A DNA stretch of 64,000 nt, from assembly GCF_964194025.1 (NCBI RefSeq), contig NC_134472.1, positions 44,330,001-44,394,000 on the forward strand, given 5' to 3'. Position 1 is the stretch's first letter, and every line of letters begins with the position of its first letter. The translations under genes were made by a program, and so were the position numbers. The notes under the pieces are model-generated. The model made no database searches. It worked only from the letters and a program-made list of their open reading frames with translations, and had not been told where the DNA came from. The stretch is from Convolutriloba macropyga (lineage: Eukaryota). Shown here one piece after another: positions 50,581-64,000 of this stretch.

Positions 50581-52683
50581 TTATATACTCTTTACGTAAT
50601 CAAGGGTCTTTTTTGTTTAAGTCTAGACATTGTCTTTTGGTATATGGATAGTGGATAGACTACTTCAATATAGCTGATTGAAAACTTGAGTTCATTCTCT
50701 GGGGCCTTACACTATAGCTACTACTTCCTACTGACAATTTTCGAGCACCCCATTCAGGTGTTAAAGGCTTATTGGTATGCCGCGATGACGAGACAACGAA
50801 CTTTTCACTAGATCATACGAGATAACTAGTCGATTGCAATTGACCAGTTTTCCTTTCCTTAACAGCGTTAGAATTCTTGTTTAAACCTTTAATGCGTACA
50901 CTTTATGTGTGCAACGATTTTGCGCTACTTGAGGCGGAGCTTTCATGGCATGATGCTGTGAACTTGCAGTTAGGATGAAAACAATAAACTTTTTTCACGA
51001 CATTCTTGACGGAGCTTTGCTTAAGTCCGAAGCTTGACAAGTTTTTGTCTAATTATTGCAATAAGTGCTGCATAATTTTATAATGGTAAGACGAATTTGT
51101 AAAAATTAGAGTTGTTTTCTGATAATTTTGCAAAATTCGAAAAACTTGGCCATTTTGATCGTTTGTTTGGACACGTTTTTAAATCATATGGTATTATGTT
51201 CAAGGGAATCTGTATGCTTTTCTGGTTCGAAATTTTTTTATGTCAAATCCCTCCATTTTTATACCTTGTTTGGCGTTCCAAGGCGATTAGGACGTTCACA
51301 TAACAAAAATTTTAAGATTTTCTGCGTTGAGTGTGTTTGTTTTTACCAATAATTTGTAAATTTGGTGGTTTTTTAAATACAAAAAAGCTGTTGATAATCG
51401 GTAACCGGGCTAGGCACTATTGGGTAACAGTTTGTCGTTGATCTATTTTAAAGTCTGGATAATAAATTGTTCTGAATCAAAAAAGGGAATTTGTGGGGAT
51501 AAATAAGATTAACCCGCTAAAAATCAATTTGAAGGCATCAAAAATATAGATAGAACACTTCATCGAGGTTTTAATTGACCCTTTTTGTTGTAAACAGAAA
51601 TGACGCAAAACAACGTTTAAGTGGATAAACCAGCTGAATTCGTAAAAGCGGTACAAATCATCCAAGAATGAGCTCAGAAATTGTTAAAAAAACTGATTTT
51701 TTCGAATTTCGTTTTTTGAATACTTAATTTTGAGGAAATTTTCTTTTTTTGAATTCAAACAGATTTGTGTAATCAAATATTTTTTTCGATTTTGTAATTT
51801 AAGACAATTCTTCTCGCAGTTATGTTATTATTATTGAATATCCTCCTCAAACCCACTCCTCGCAGTGAAAACGTTTTTCCTGTTTTCCTTTCAGTTTTAT
51901 AAACGGCCTCATTTTTTTCAACCTGCAAGAAATCCTGTAGCTTCTTTGATGGCTACAAAGGGCGACAAATTATGTTTCTCTTTTCTCTACGATGCTTCAA
52001 GAAGCAAAAGTTTGTCTGAAGAAAAAAAATAGGAGGATTGGTCCTCAATTACAACTCAAAGCATTGAATTAACTAAGGAACTGACAATCAACGTGTTTCC
52101 CACAACATCGAACTATGACCGTCAACACAACACTTGGTCCTCTATAAGAAAAATGAAACAAGAAATTTTAAATTAAAAAATTAAAATTTTCTTGCTCCAA
52201 GCGCTAGTTTTAAAAACCATTTTTTAAAAAAATTATAAAAAATGCACTTTTATTTACAATACGCATTCTCGGAATAACAGACCAGCAAAATGAGCGACAA
52301 CTGTGATACTCAGCTACCTATATTTTGAATGTTTGCAAATTATTATCTTGAAAATAAGGAATAACGCCTAAATACATGTTAAAATCTTTAATCGTGGCAT
52401 AGTTTACGACCTTAATAATCAAAAATCAAACATTTGAGTTATTTAAAAGAGGGCCAAGAGTAACGCCAAATGAAGTCAGGATAGTAAATTTCACCATGAC
52501 CATTTCAAAAACAGATGCTACCTAAGTCAATGTAAACGATAACTAAAAGCTCAAGACGATCAATTCACGACAGTTGCGCTGCACAAGAACGCCAATGAGA
52601 ACATTTGTTAAGACCAATCGAGAAGACCCATGAAAAGCAACAAAACCCCGCAAGACTCAAAAGTCCTCTAATTTTTTTTGAAA

Positions 52684-54890
52684 GGAAAGTTCAAAGTCAT
52701 TAAAACTGCCGCTATGAACTCCAATAAAATTGGATCATTTTTCGCCTCATGAGCAACCATTGTAGGTTGTCATTAATGGTACTTAACAATAAGACAAAAA
52801 AACAAAGAAGGGATCCAAGTTTCAATAATTTAGAATAGTTTCAAAACATTTAGAAAAGAAAATATTGGTTATGAACTAACTTAATTGTTTACGCTTCTTT
52901 AGCAACCCGCGATTCATCTGAAGATTAATCAGACTGAATGATTTGACATCAAAAATACGATAAATACATGCAAAACACGAAATTTCGCTAATAATTTTTG
53001 AAAAAAAAATAGGCTTGATTAGTCATGGAAACTTACTAAGAACTCAAACCTTTAGTTATTGCCCCATTCGCATTTGCGTGAGAGTTGTCAATATTGAGAT
53101 TACCGGATAACACAGAACCAACCCCAATTCTGGGCTTTACTCTGATATTTTTTTGAAAACTAGTTGTGAAAAAGTTGCTGACACCTTTGGATATCAATTG
53201 AAACTTTTACAAAGCTTGTATTACGCCTTAGAGGTCCAGTGAGACTAGTCAATCATCATACTCTAAACAACTTCAGCAGAAAGAACTAAAGAAAGCTGGA
53301 AACACAAAAAAATTACTAATTTTCTAAATAGAAAAACTCATAAATTATTAACTAACTATTCAATTCTATCAACTCAATTAATCAGTTCAAAAATACATCT
53401 AATGCATTGTTTCAACACATATATAACTTTTTGAAGGCACTTGTTCAAAACATGGGCAAAATTTGAAGTCTAATTTCTGCGGGTAAAAAAATATTTCGCT
53501 TTCAAAAACCAATTTTTTTTTCAAATACCAACTTCTCAATCCACTTTAAAGGTTACTTGATAAAATCTACTCGCTTGTTCGCTCCCTTCACTAATCCAGC
53601 ATGATTAAAATCACCACTCTGATTTGACTTCACATTGACATGAAAAAGTCGGAAAAAGTGATCAAGTTCTATGCCATAATATCATGAATAGTCTCGAACA
53701 ACACTTACTATGAACTCAAACCTTTAGTTATTGTCTCATTAGCACACCATGATAGCTGTCATTAATGAGACTAATTGATAACGCAGAACGGAAAGTTCAA
53801 AGTCATTGAAAGCACTGCTATGAATTCCAATAAAATTAGATTATTTTTTGCCTCAGTAGCCACCATTGCCGATTTTCATTAATGGGACTAAACAATAAGA
53901 CAAAACAAAGAAGGGGGCAAAATTGCGATAATTTTCAAAAAGTTTTAGTACTTCATAGATAGTATTGGTTATGAACTAAAACAATAACTAAATTGTTTAC
54001 ACTTCTTAAGCAACCCACGATTGATCTGAAGAGAATCAAACTGAGTGATTTTGCATCAAAAGTACAACAAATACATGCAAAACTAAAAAATTCGCTAATA
54101 ATTTTTTTGAAAAAATAATGTCTTGACTAGTCATGAACACTTACTTTGAACTCGAACCTTTAGTTATTGCCCCATTAGCAAACCATGAGAGTTGTAATTA
54201 TTGAGATTAACGGATAACACAGAATCAACCTCAAGTCTGGGCTTGACTCTGATATTGTTTTTGAAAACTAGTTGTGAAATTGTAGCTAAAACCTTCGGTT
54301 ATCAATTCAAACTTTTAGATTGTTTGTATTGCGCCTTATTAGAGATCCAATGAGACTAGCCGATCATTATTCTCAGAAGCACTACAGCAGAAAGAACTAA
54401 CGAAAGCGGGTGACACAAAAATCACTTATTTTGTAATTAGAAACAGTATCTAAGTCATATAAAATATTAATTTTTTTTCTATCAACTCAATTAACCAATT
54501 CAAAAATACAACTAATGCTTTGTTTGAACACATAAATGACTTTTTGAAACCACTTGTTTAAGACATTGGCAAGATTTGAAGACAAAGTGCCGCAGGTAAA
54601 AAATATTCAAAAATCAAAATTTTAAATACCAATTTCTGAATCCAGTTTAAAGTGAACTTGATAAAATGACGTCGCCTTTTCGCTCCCTTTACTAATCCAG
54701 CATGATTAGAATCACCTCTCTGATTTGACTTCTCATTGACATGAAAAAGTCGAAAAAAATTATGATCAGGTTTTATGCCATAAAACCATGAATGGTCATG
54801 AAGAACAATTACTATGACTCACTAACTACTACTATTACTATTACTCAAATCACTAACTACTACTATTACTATTACTCAAACCTTTAGTAT
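52684..54890. repeat. Tandem repeat, 2 diverged copies of ~1106 bp with internal sub-repeat
   Basis: ggaaagttcaaagtcatt at 52684 and 53790; aacctttagt(t)att sub-repeat near 53045, 53717, 54153, 54877; contains reverse complement of the HINE core. Confidence 0.85.
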
Positions 54891-55198
54891 TATATATCCC
54901 CCACTTTAAGAATAATATCCTATAGGAACAATAATATCCCTGGTGGCAGATTTTTTGCAGTTTTCTTTCCAAATTTCTTTTGAGTTGCTCTGAAACAATA
55001 GTAATAATAATAAATTAATTCCTTGTGTTACAGTTAAGTACAAGATGAGCAAAATCTGAAAATATAATTTGTATCACCATCGAGTACACTATTAGGTTAA
55101 ATGTTCCGTTTTCAGGCTGTTTGCAAACTCTGCAACAATTCTTACCCAGCACTCGGAAGAGTCAATTCTTCCGACCGCAGTCCACTCCGAGGAGTTAC

Positions 55199-58100
55199 GG
55201 AGGTTTAAAGAAATTTGAACGTCAGCCTAACTTCCGTTGTATTGTTCACATTTTTCGTAATGTTCGCTTAAATTGTGACCAATTTTTGCTAAAATATTAT
55301 TTAAAAAATGTTAATGATAGTCTCATTGGTTTTAAGTTTAAAGATAGAAGAGCGTTGATGAATAAATTGAACAAACTGTTTTAGCAAAATTTTCAGCTAA
55401 ATTTTTGAAAATTTAGCATTTTTTTCATTAAAAAATGGCATCAAATATGGCTATTTTTTTGTACAGTTTAACTGGTGGTGCAGACATCAATTTGGCGGAT
55501 ACAATATTCTTTTATTCAGATATGGTCTAATTTTAACTCGGATTTCCTAGAAAGTTTTCTGGAAATAACATTTTTGATGTTTTTCGCAAATATATGCCGA
55601 TATTTTAAAAAAATGTATTGTTTATTTTTGATAAATTAAAATTTTCGATATATTAAGACTTTTTAGAACCCATGAGTGGTTTTAGCTGGCGCGCAGCAAT
55701 GTCGAGGCCAGTCTTGGTCTCATCGTTGCTTTTTGCGATGAAAAAGGATTCTGATTGTATTTTGGGTGTCATTTTTAAAATATGGTTTGCCTTTTTTTAG
55801 CTCCATTATAGGAGTCTTTTTTACATATAAAGGTTCAATTAATAAGAGGTCTCTTTATGATCGAATTAGGTCCGATGGAACAATATTGTATTTTTTGAGT
55901 TAAGCTCATGGTTTTTATGGCTCCGACAAATCGTTCTCAGAATTTTTTACTTATTTCTTGAGTTTTGCCTGCTTTTGATGTGCTTTCTGTAGTCTTATGA
56001 CTGAGTTCAATTAGTGAAATGGCTTATATGGTATTCCTGGAGCTATAAAAAGTGCTTCCAGTTAACATATAATGATTTTTTATGGTAATGTAACTCATTT
56101 GTTTTTTAACTTCGTTTTTTGTATGACTTTTTGGTCAAATTAGCTATTTCGGTAACATCAAGGACGTTTTGACGATGGAGCAGCAGCTTTTGCAGGACAA
56201 CTTGTGGTCTTGTTTTGGAATTTTGTGGTTCGAAAATTAATCGAAATGTAATGGGGCCCTGTTTATATTTTTTTGAAATCCTCTTGCCTTTTTTTTGTTT
56301 TTTTTTGTTAGTTACAGACCAGAAGGATTTCAAATCAAATCTCCATTATCGACCGGTCAAATTTCCATGCAACGGAGGCAAGTGAGCATGCATATTATTT
56401 TCATCGGATATTGGCTGCAAGAGCTGAAACATATGGTCTTTGTCTTCAACAGCGTTTGCATAAAGTTGTTGGTGAAATTTTGAGTTCTGCCTGTATTCAT
56501 TGTTAATCTAAGGTCTTCTGATTTAGTCTCAGTACTGACATGCACAATTGGTTTCCTGAGAAGTGAAAATTTGAAGTATTTACCGTTTTTAAGTTGAAAG
56601 CTTAAGGCTTTTATGTCTGCCGCTTTTAAAAAATTCGTTTGCAAAAAGTAATAAGGGAAATTTGAGATTTGCCAAATCCAATACTATATTTGCAGCTTTT
56701 CAACGTTGCCTCAGCAAAGAGAAGTCGGATGTATCTTAAAATGAATCATACTCTAGTCTGCACCGCTTAGGAGGTTTAGACAAATTTGAACGTGAGCCTA
56801 TATTCCGTTGTATTGTTCACATTTTACGTAATTTTCGCTTAAATTTTGATCAATTTTTGCTAAAATATGGTTAAAAAATGTTAATGATAATCTCATTGGC
56901 TTTAAGTTTAAAGATAGAACAGAGTTGATAAATAGTTTGAACAAACTGTTTTGGCAAAGTTTTCAGCCAAATTTCTGAAAATTCAGCATTTTTTTCATTA
57001 AAAAATGGCATCAATTATGCATCTTTTTTCACTTTGTGCCGTTTAACCGGTGGAGCAGACAATTCTGCTGATACAATCTTTCTTTATTAAGATATGGCCT
57101 AATTTGAGCTCGGGTTCCTGAGAAAGTTTTCTGGAAATAATTTTTTGAGGTGGTTCGCAAGTTTATGCCGATAAATTTTTTTAAAAATATATTCAACGTA
57201 AGGTTTTCGATATATTAAGACTTTTTAGAACCCATGAGTGTTATTAGCAGCCGCGCAGCCATGGCGAGGCAAGTTTTGGCTCATCGTTGCTTTTTGCAAT
57301 GAAAAAGGATTCTGATATTGTTTTGGGTGTCATTTTTGAAATATTTTTTGCCTTTCTTCATCCCCATTATTATAAGTCTTTTTTTTTCATATAAAGGTTT
57401 ATTTAATAAGAGGTCTCTTTTTCTTTTTATGTTCGAATTAGGTCCGATGGAAAAATAATGTATTTTTCGAGTTAAGCTCATGGTTTTTGGGCTCCGACAA
57501 ATCGTTTTCATAATTTTTTTTACTGAATTCTCGAGCTTTGCATGCTTTTGATGTGCTTTCTGTAGTCTTTTAACTGTGTTGAGTTAAGGAAATGGCTAAT
57601 ATGGTATTTTTGGAGCTCTAAAAAGTGCTTCCAGTTAACATATAATGATTTTTATGGTAATATAACTCCTTTGTTCTTTTAACTTTGTTTTTTATATAAT
57701 GACTTTTTGGTCAAGTTAGCTATTTCGGTAACATTTGAGACATTTTTGATGATGGAGCAGCAGCTATGTCAGGACCAGTTTTGTTTTTTTTGTGAAACTT
57801 TATAGTTCAAAAATTAATCGAAATGTAGTGGGGCCTTGTTTTTTAATTTTTTGTAATGCTTTTGCCTTTTTTGTTTTTATGTTAGTTTTAAGACCAGAAG
57901 GATTTCAAATCAAACATCAATTATGGACCGGTCAAATTTTCGTGCAAATGGATGCAAGTGAGCATAAACAATATTTTGATCGGTATTTGGCTGCCACAGC
58001 TTAAGCATATGGTCTTTGGCTTCAACAGCTTTTGCATAAAGTTTTTGGTGAAATTTTGAGTTCTGCCTGTATTCATTGTTAATCTAAGATCTTCTGATTT

Positions 58101-59900
58101 AGTCTCAGTACTGACATGCACAATTGGTTTCCTGAGAAGTGAAAATTTGAAGTATTTACCGTTTTTAAGTTGAAAGCTTAAGGTTGTTATGTCTGCCGCT
58201 TTTAAAAAATTCGTTTGCAAAAAGTAATAAGGGAAATTTGAGATTTGCCAAGTCCAATATTATATTTGCAACTTTTCAACGTTGCCTCAGCAAAGAGAAG
58301 TCGGATGTATCTTAAAATGAATCATACTCTAGTCTGCACCGCTTAGGAGGTTTAGACAAATTTGAACGTGAGCCTATATTCCGTTGTATTGTTCACATTT
58401 TACGTAATTTTCGCTTAAATTTTGATCAATGTTTGCTAAAATATGGTTAAAAAGTGTTAATGATAATCTCATTGGCTTTAAGTTTAAAGATAGAACAGAG
58501 TTGATAAATAGTTTGAACAAACTGTTTTGGCAAACTTTCAGCCAAATTTTTGAAAATTCAGCATTTTTTTCATTAAAAAATGGCATCAATTATGCATCTT
58601 TTTTCACTTTGTGCCGTTTAACCGGTGGAGCAGACATCAATTCTGCTGATACAATCTTCCTTTATTCAGATATGGTCTAATTTGAGCTCGGGTTCCTGAG
58701 AAAGTTTTCTGGAAATAACTTTTTTGAGGTGGTTCGCAAGTTTATGCCGATATATATTTTTAAAAATGTATTCAACGTAAGGTTTTCGATAAATTAAGAC
58801 TTTTTAGAACCCATGAGTGTTATTAGCAGCCGCGCAGCGATGGCGAGGAAAGTTTTGGCTCATCGTTGCTTTTTGCAATGAAAAAGGATTCTGATATTGT
58901 TTTGGGTGTCATTTTTGAAATATTTTTTGCCTTTCTTCATCGCCATTATTATAAGAGTCTTTTTTTCATATATAGGTTCATTTAATAAGAGATCTCTTTT
59001 TCTTTTTATGTTCGAATTAGGTCCGATGGAAAAATATTTTATTTTTTGAGTTAAGCTCATGGTTTTTAGGCTCCGACAAATCGTTTTTATAATTTTTTAC
59101 TCAATTCTCGAGTTTTGCATGCTTTTGATGTGCTTTCTGCAGTCTGATGACTGTGTTGAGTTAAGGAAATGGCTAATATGGTATTGCTGGAGCTGTAAAA
59201 AGTGCTTCCAGTTAACTAACATATAATGATTTTTATGGTAATATAACTCATTTGTTCTTTCAACTTTTATATGACTTTTTGGTCAAGTTAGCTATTTCGG
59301 TTATTTTTGATGATGGAGCAGCAGCTATGTCAGGACCAGTTTTGTTCATTTTGTGAAACTTTATAGTTCAAAAATTAATCGAAATGTAGTGGGGCCTTGT
59401 TTTTTAATTTTATGTAATGCTTTTGTTTTTTTGTTTTTATGTTAGTTTGAAGACCAGAAGGATTTCAAATCAAACCTCAATTAGGGACCGGTCAAATTTT
59501 CGTGCAAATGGATGCAAGTGAGCATAAATAAAATTTTCATCGGTATTTGGCTGCCACAGCTTAAGCATATGGTCTTTGGCTTCAACAGCGTTTGCATAAA
59601 GTTGTTGGTGAAATTTTGAGTTCTGCCTGTTTTCATTGAATCTGTGGTCTTTTGATTTAGTCTCACTAAGGACATGCACAGTTGGTTTCCTAAAAAGTGA
59701 AAATTTGAACTATTTACAGTGTTTAAGTTGAACGCTTAAGGTTGTTATGTCTGACGCTTTTAAAAAAGTTCATTTGCAAAAAAGTAATAAGGAAATTTGA
59801 GATTTGCCATTTCCAATCTTATATCTGCAACTTTTCAGTGTTGTCTCAGCAAAGAGAGAAGTCGGATGTATTTTCAAGTGAATCATACTGTAGTCTTCAT
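55199..59900. repeat. Tandem repeat, 3 copies of ~1575 bp
   Basis: ggaggttta...aaatttgaacgt at about 55199, 56770 and 58346; same spurious ORFs recur in each unit. Confidence 0.92.
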
Positions 59901-62900
59901 CGCTGTTTTTTGATTAAATGATGGGTTTATCATTGATTCTACAAGTTTTATCTTTTTGATATTTTCCAACTTTTGAGGTTCTCTTTGCTGTCTTGTACGG
60001 TTATCACATTAATGGCTTTTTAATGACAGGTCGAATATCACATAATTGATTATATTCGTTTTTTTAGTGAATAGATTTTTATCTTGCCGCCTTTACCGCC
60101 GTCTCCTCGCAAAATTGAAGTGACTTTGTATTTTTGCCTGTTTTGGCTCATTTGCTATCTGATGCTATTTTGACTTGGTCATTAAGTTTTTTTAAGAAAA
60201 ATATCATTGAGTTTTGGTCGTAAGTAATGTGTGTGGTTTTTATTTGATTTTGTTGTTTGTCTTGTCTCCTACTGTCCCTAATGGCAAGTATCATTGGCCC
60301 TCTAAGTCACTTATTGTATCATTTGTATAGTGGTTAGAGCTTAAAGCGATTTTTTAAATGGATACACCAATAATTTTCCAAGAATAAGTGATTTTTTGTT
60401 TTCCTATAAGTTTTCTCGTCCTCATTTTGTGGACAATTAGTTCGAAACCTTGGTTGTGGTTGAGCGGGGTAGAAACATAACGTACGAACACACATCACAG
60501 AGCCTACTTGTTTTGTTCACAACTAAAAGATTGGTTTCATTCAATCTGATGATAAATTGCGCGTGCGTTACTGTTTTCTTTGGACTGTCTGTTCTGAGAC
60601 TTTGTCGGGGAAAATTTGGTACTGTTTTTGGCGTCAATTTTTTCCTGTGTTGTGTCTGCTTTCTTTGAACTATTTTGTCTAGGAATAACTGGCAATTTGC
60701 GTGGGTGTTTTGTCTGATTCTGCTTTATATGGGACTTTTTTATGGAGCCAATATACTAGAGAGATCACTCGGATCTTTTTTGTCTCCAAATGTTTTGTCT
60801 ACAAATAGTTTCCTATTTTGAAAAAATTTTTCGGGAACTTTCTTTTTTTCGCAAAACAACCCTGGTTGCCTTCTTATAACTCAATGATTATTTTTTCTAT
60901 TAAAAACATAACGTTCATTATAACGACTAAAAGTATGCATATTTTCATCCAAAAAATAGCACAAATTTAGTGTTTTGGTTAAAACTATGGCATTTGGTTA
61001 ACAGAGAAGCAAAAAAGTTTAACAATGAACATCAGACTTGATGCAACGCTAAGAAAACAACAGCAATTTTTTCGAAACAGCTAAAGTATTAGCAATTCTT
61101 ATACTAAATCATGCAAATAGATGTTTTTTCTCTATTCTCTAGAAATATAACCACGTTTGTTCAAAAAACTGTCAAAAAATGCACTTTCTTCTTAGTTCAA
61201 ATGTTACCTCTACTGTCAGTTTTAATATCTAGTCTCATAACCTATATATTTATTAAAAAAATTAAGTAAATTGAGCAAAAGGCTACAAAACCTAATTAGT
61301 TTAAATGATAAATTTTTAAAAAGGGATATCGCAAATTTTGACTAGCAATCCTTATCAACATTGCCAAATGACATTATCAATGTAGGAAAAAAATTTAATC
61401 AGAAAACATATTTTATAAAAATTACGTTCTATGCGGTTTTTTAAATGTCTGAGGATTCAACTGAAAATTTTAGTTTCTTGCTGTTACTTATGAAGTTAAA
61501 ATAAATTGCACAAATCAAACTGTCAGCTCCAAGTCGTTCGTTAAAGGTTAAATTACATTCCTTCAAACTTTTTCGTTAATTGTTAGAAGCCGACTTCAAG
61601 TTATATAAATGCGCAAAGCAGTTGTAAATTTTGAGGTACCACTATATTGTCAGTTGCAGTTGACTTTAAGTGACCAAATTATTGCAATGAACCGAATTGA
61701 TACCAAATTGATATTAGCTGAGAAGATCAGTATCCTGTTCACGCGCTCTGATTTGGGTAATTAGTAATTTCTGACAGTTATCTGATGTTAAATTCTGCTA
61801 TCCCAACTTTACTTATATTTTTTGTTAGGGTACCACTGGAATTGCAATTCATTCTAAGAATTTCGAATACGTGAGCCACACTCGGTCGGCCTGAAAACTC
61901 CCATTAAAGTTGTGGTGCTAAGATAAGATTCCAATCAAGATTTTGTTTTACGATAATGCCTGTTAAACTCGTCATTTTTAGCTGTTTTTGAAATAACTAA
62001 CTCTATTCACTATCTTGATCAAAAATGGGGACTCTCCTGTGAAAATCTAATTTCGACTCTGAAAACTATTTTGTATGTTTCTCTTTCTTGAGAAGTTCAG
62101 CTTTCTTGGACATTTATTTGAAAAGAATTGGGTTCAGCCGGCGAATAAATTTAAGCCAAGAGTTGGTTATGGGTCTTGCATTGACTGAAGTCACATTACG
62201 GAGCCTACTTGTTAGTAGTTTATGTTGACACGTTCATCGCAATTTTCTTATTTTTCTTATCTGTAATGTTTGGTTTCCGTAATTTCCTGTTGAAGAGTTA
62301 ATAAAAGTTATATGAATATAATTCTTGCTAAAAGACGGCTTACAGTTGGTACTCCAGGGAAACTCTTTAGCAGTCGTTTTAAGCGCTATCTGATTGTTCC
62401 AAAAGGTACCAGAGTTTTAGAAATGATTGTCTTTTGCCATTTGAAAAGAAGTTGCTTAAAATAAAGAAGGCAACGGTTCAACTTAGGTGCGTTTTAAACT
62501 CAAGGAACCTTCTGGACCTGTCTAGAAGAAAATTTTAAAACATAGGTTTAGTCATATTCGCAAATGAATACTTGCTACGCATAGCGCATTCAAATAGATC
62601 TCGCTATAAACTATGAATGTAATTTTTACCTCTTTCTGAGGTAGAGAGGTTATAACATGAAGAACCCTTGACTTAAGCGAATACTTATCTGCTCAATGCC
62701 AAGTATTTTGATGGAAGAATGTTAAAACGTCACTGAATTTTCAAAGACAAGAGGCACTGAATCAACTAGATTTCCTGATTAGTGGAAGAAGAGCTTCATT
62801 ATTTTTTAAATTGCTTCTATCTAATCAATGTTCTTGCTGCCATTACAATTAATTGTTCTCTCATTATTGATGTTTTCAGTTCTCATCAAAGCTGATTGAA

Positions 62901-63121
62901 TTCCCTCAAAAATAACTTGTTATACTTTTTTCTCCACTTTTATTTGCCTTTTCAATCCATATATTGTCACCTGACTAGTGTGAAATACAGTTTTCTTCAA
63001 TTTGAAATAAAATATTCAAGACTTGATTGTGGAATTTTATGCTGTAAAAAATTCGTTTTCTGTAAAGATTCTCTTACTCTCTCCTTCGTAACGTTTATCA
63101 TAGTGACGTTTTACCATCGAA

Positions 63122-63388
63122 ATGTCAGAACGCGAAGAATCATCAAATGAATCCCAACAAAGAAGCACCACGAGTGTAGTCAACGTTGAGAGAAATGACA
63201 ACTTGGATGAAGTGGTTCACGCCGCATTTGAACAGGAACTGAACGACAATTCGAAAGACCCGAGACGGAATAAAATGTGGTTCGTGGCTGGGTTCATAGT
63301 GACAGCTACTAGCACGCTTGCACTGCTCACACTCGTTTGGGGATATAAAGACGCATCTTCCCTGGACTATTATTACATGAACGGATAA
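63122..63388 (+). CDS. Hypothetical 88-aa single-pass membrane protein
   Basis: ATG-to-stop ORF, GC higher than flanks, acidic N-terminus, basic PRRNK then hydrophobic MWFVAGFIVTATSTLALLTLVWGY; no recognisable family. Confidence 0.35.
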   Translation: MSEREESSNESQQRSTTSVVNVERNDNLDEVVHAAFEQELNDNSKDPRRNKMWFVAGFIVTATSTLALLTLVWGYKDASSLDYYYMNG

Positions 63389-63589
63389 AAAAGTAACCCC
63401 CTCAGAAAACGGATCTTTCCTGTTTCGGCCCCATCTGATAATTTATTTAAAAGCTTATGTGCCCCACACAAACGCACTTTTTAAATTGCTCTCAAACGAA
63501 TTTGTAGCATTTATATTAGTCCTGTGGTCTTTTTTTATGTGCAATTTTTCGCTTGACCGATTTTTTTGTGTTACCTTTTTGACTTTTCG

Positions 63590-63830
63590 TCCTTAAAAAC
63601 GGGATAAACGCCCTCTTCAACTCCTCCCCCATCACCCACACTCCCCAAATCCCCAACCCCTGGGCATCGTTCCACGCCTACCCCTTTATGCTCTACCCCC
63701 GCACACTTGTTCACCCCACCCCTCTTCAGTTAAGCTAAAGCTAGCATCCCTCATCCGAAGCTTGTTACTAACTAAGCCAACCGCTCGCCATTCGTTTGAG
63801 AGCAATTCGCCCGACGTTATTCGGTTATGT
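63590..63830 (+). repeat. Dispersed repeat related to 29870-30050
   Basis: C-rich tract then taaagctagc...tcgtttgagagcaattcg.c.gacgtt in both places. Confidence 0.6.
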
Positions 63831-64000
63831 TTGTATGCTAGTATTGATGAACTATATAGCGATGAGATACTTCCCTGTGTGGGGCATGAATGGCTTTTGT
63901 GGAAGAGAGAGGGGATAGATCCTGAAAACTCTAACTAAATAAATCTCATATCAGTTCAATTTTGGCATTAGCGTTAATAAAAAGTATTTTTGACGTTTTT

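Noticed and set aside
55121-59679. Repeated short ORFs as a gene family
   Set aside because: They recur only because of the tandem repeat, and reading frames are not maintained between units

Overview
AT-rich, repeat-dense genomic DNA from an intron-containing eukaryote, most likely an invertebrate animal; the species cannot be determined from sequence alone. Five host genes lie on the + strand: the 3' exons of RPS4, complete RPS20, RPS24 and UQCRH (cytochrome bc1 hinge subunit), and the first three coding exons of MTHFR, whose next intron runs past the window end. The three 40S ribosomal protein genes are only about 690 and 480 bp apart (stop to ATG). RPS20 and RPS24 each have a splice acceptor just upstream of the ATG with no obvious partner donor, which suggests an operon-like, possibly SL-trans-spliced cluster that may extend to UQCRH. 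The remainder is transposon-derived: a young Copia LTR element with an odd architecture (extra pol/PPT fragment before the 5' LTR and an ~805-bp flanking duplication), a degenerate LINE, a FLYWCH/MULE remnant, a BEL/Pao remnant, Helentron/DINE-1-like non-autonomous elements with kb-scale tandem repeats and tRNA-like inserts, and two long fold-back hairpins. All assignments are from manual reading; no database searches were run.
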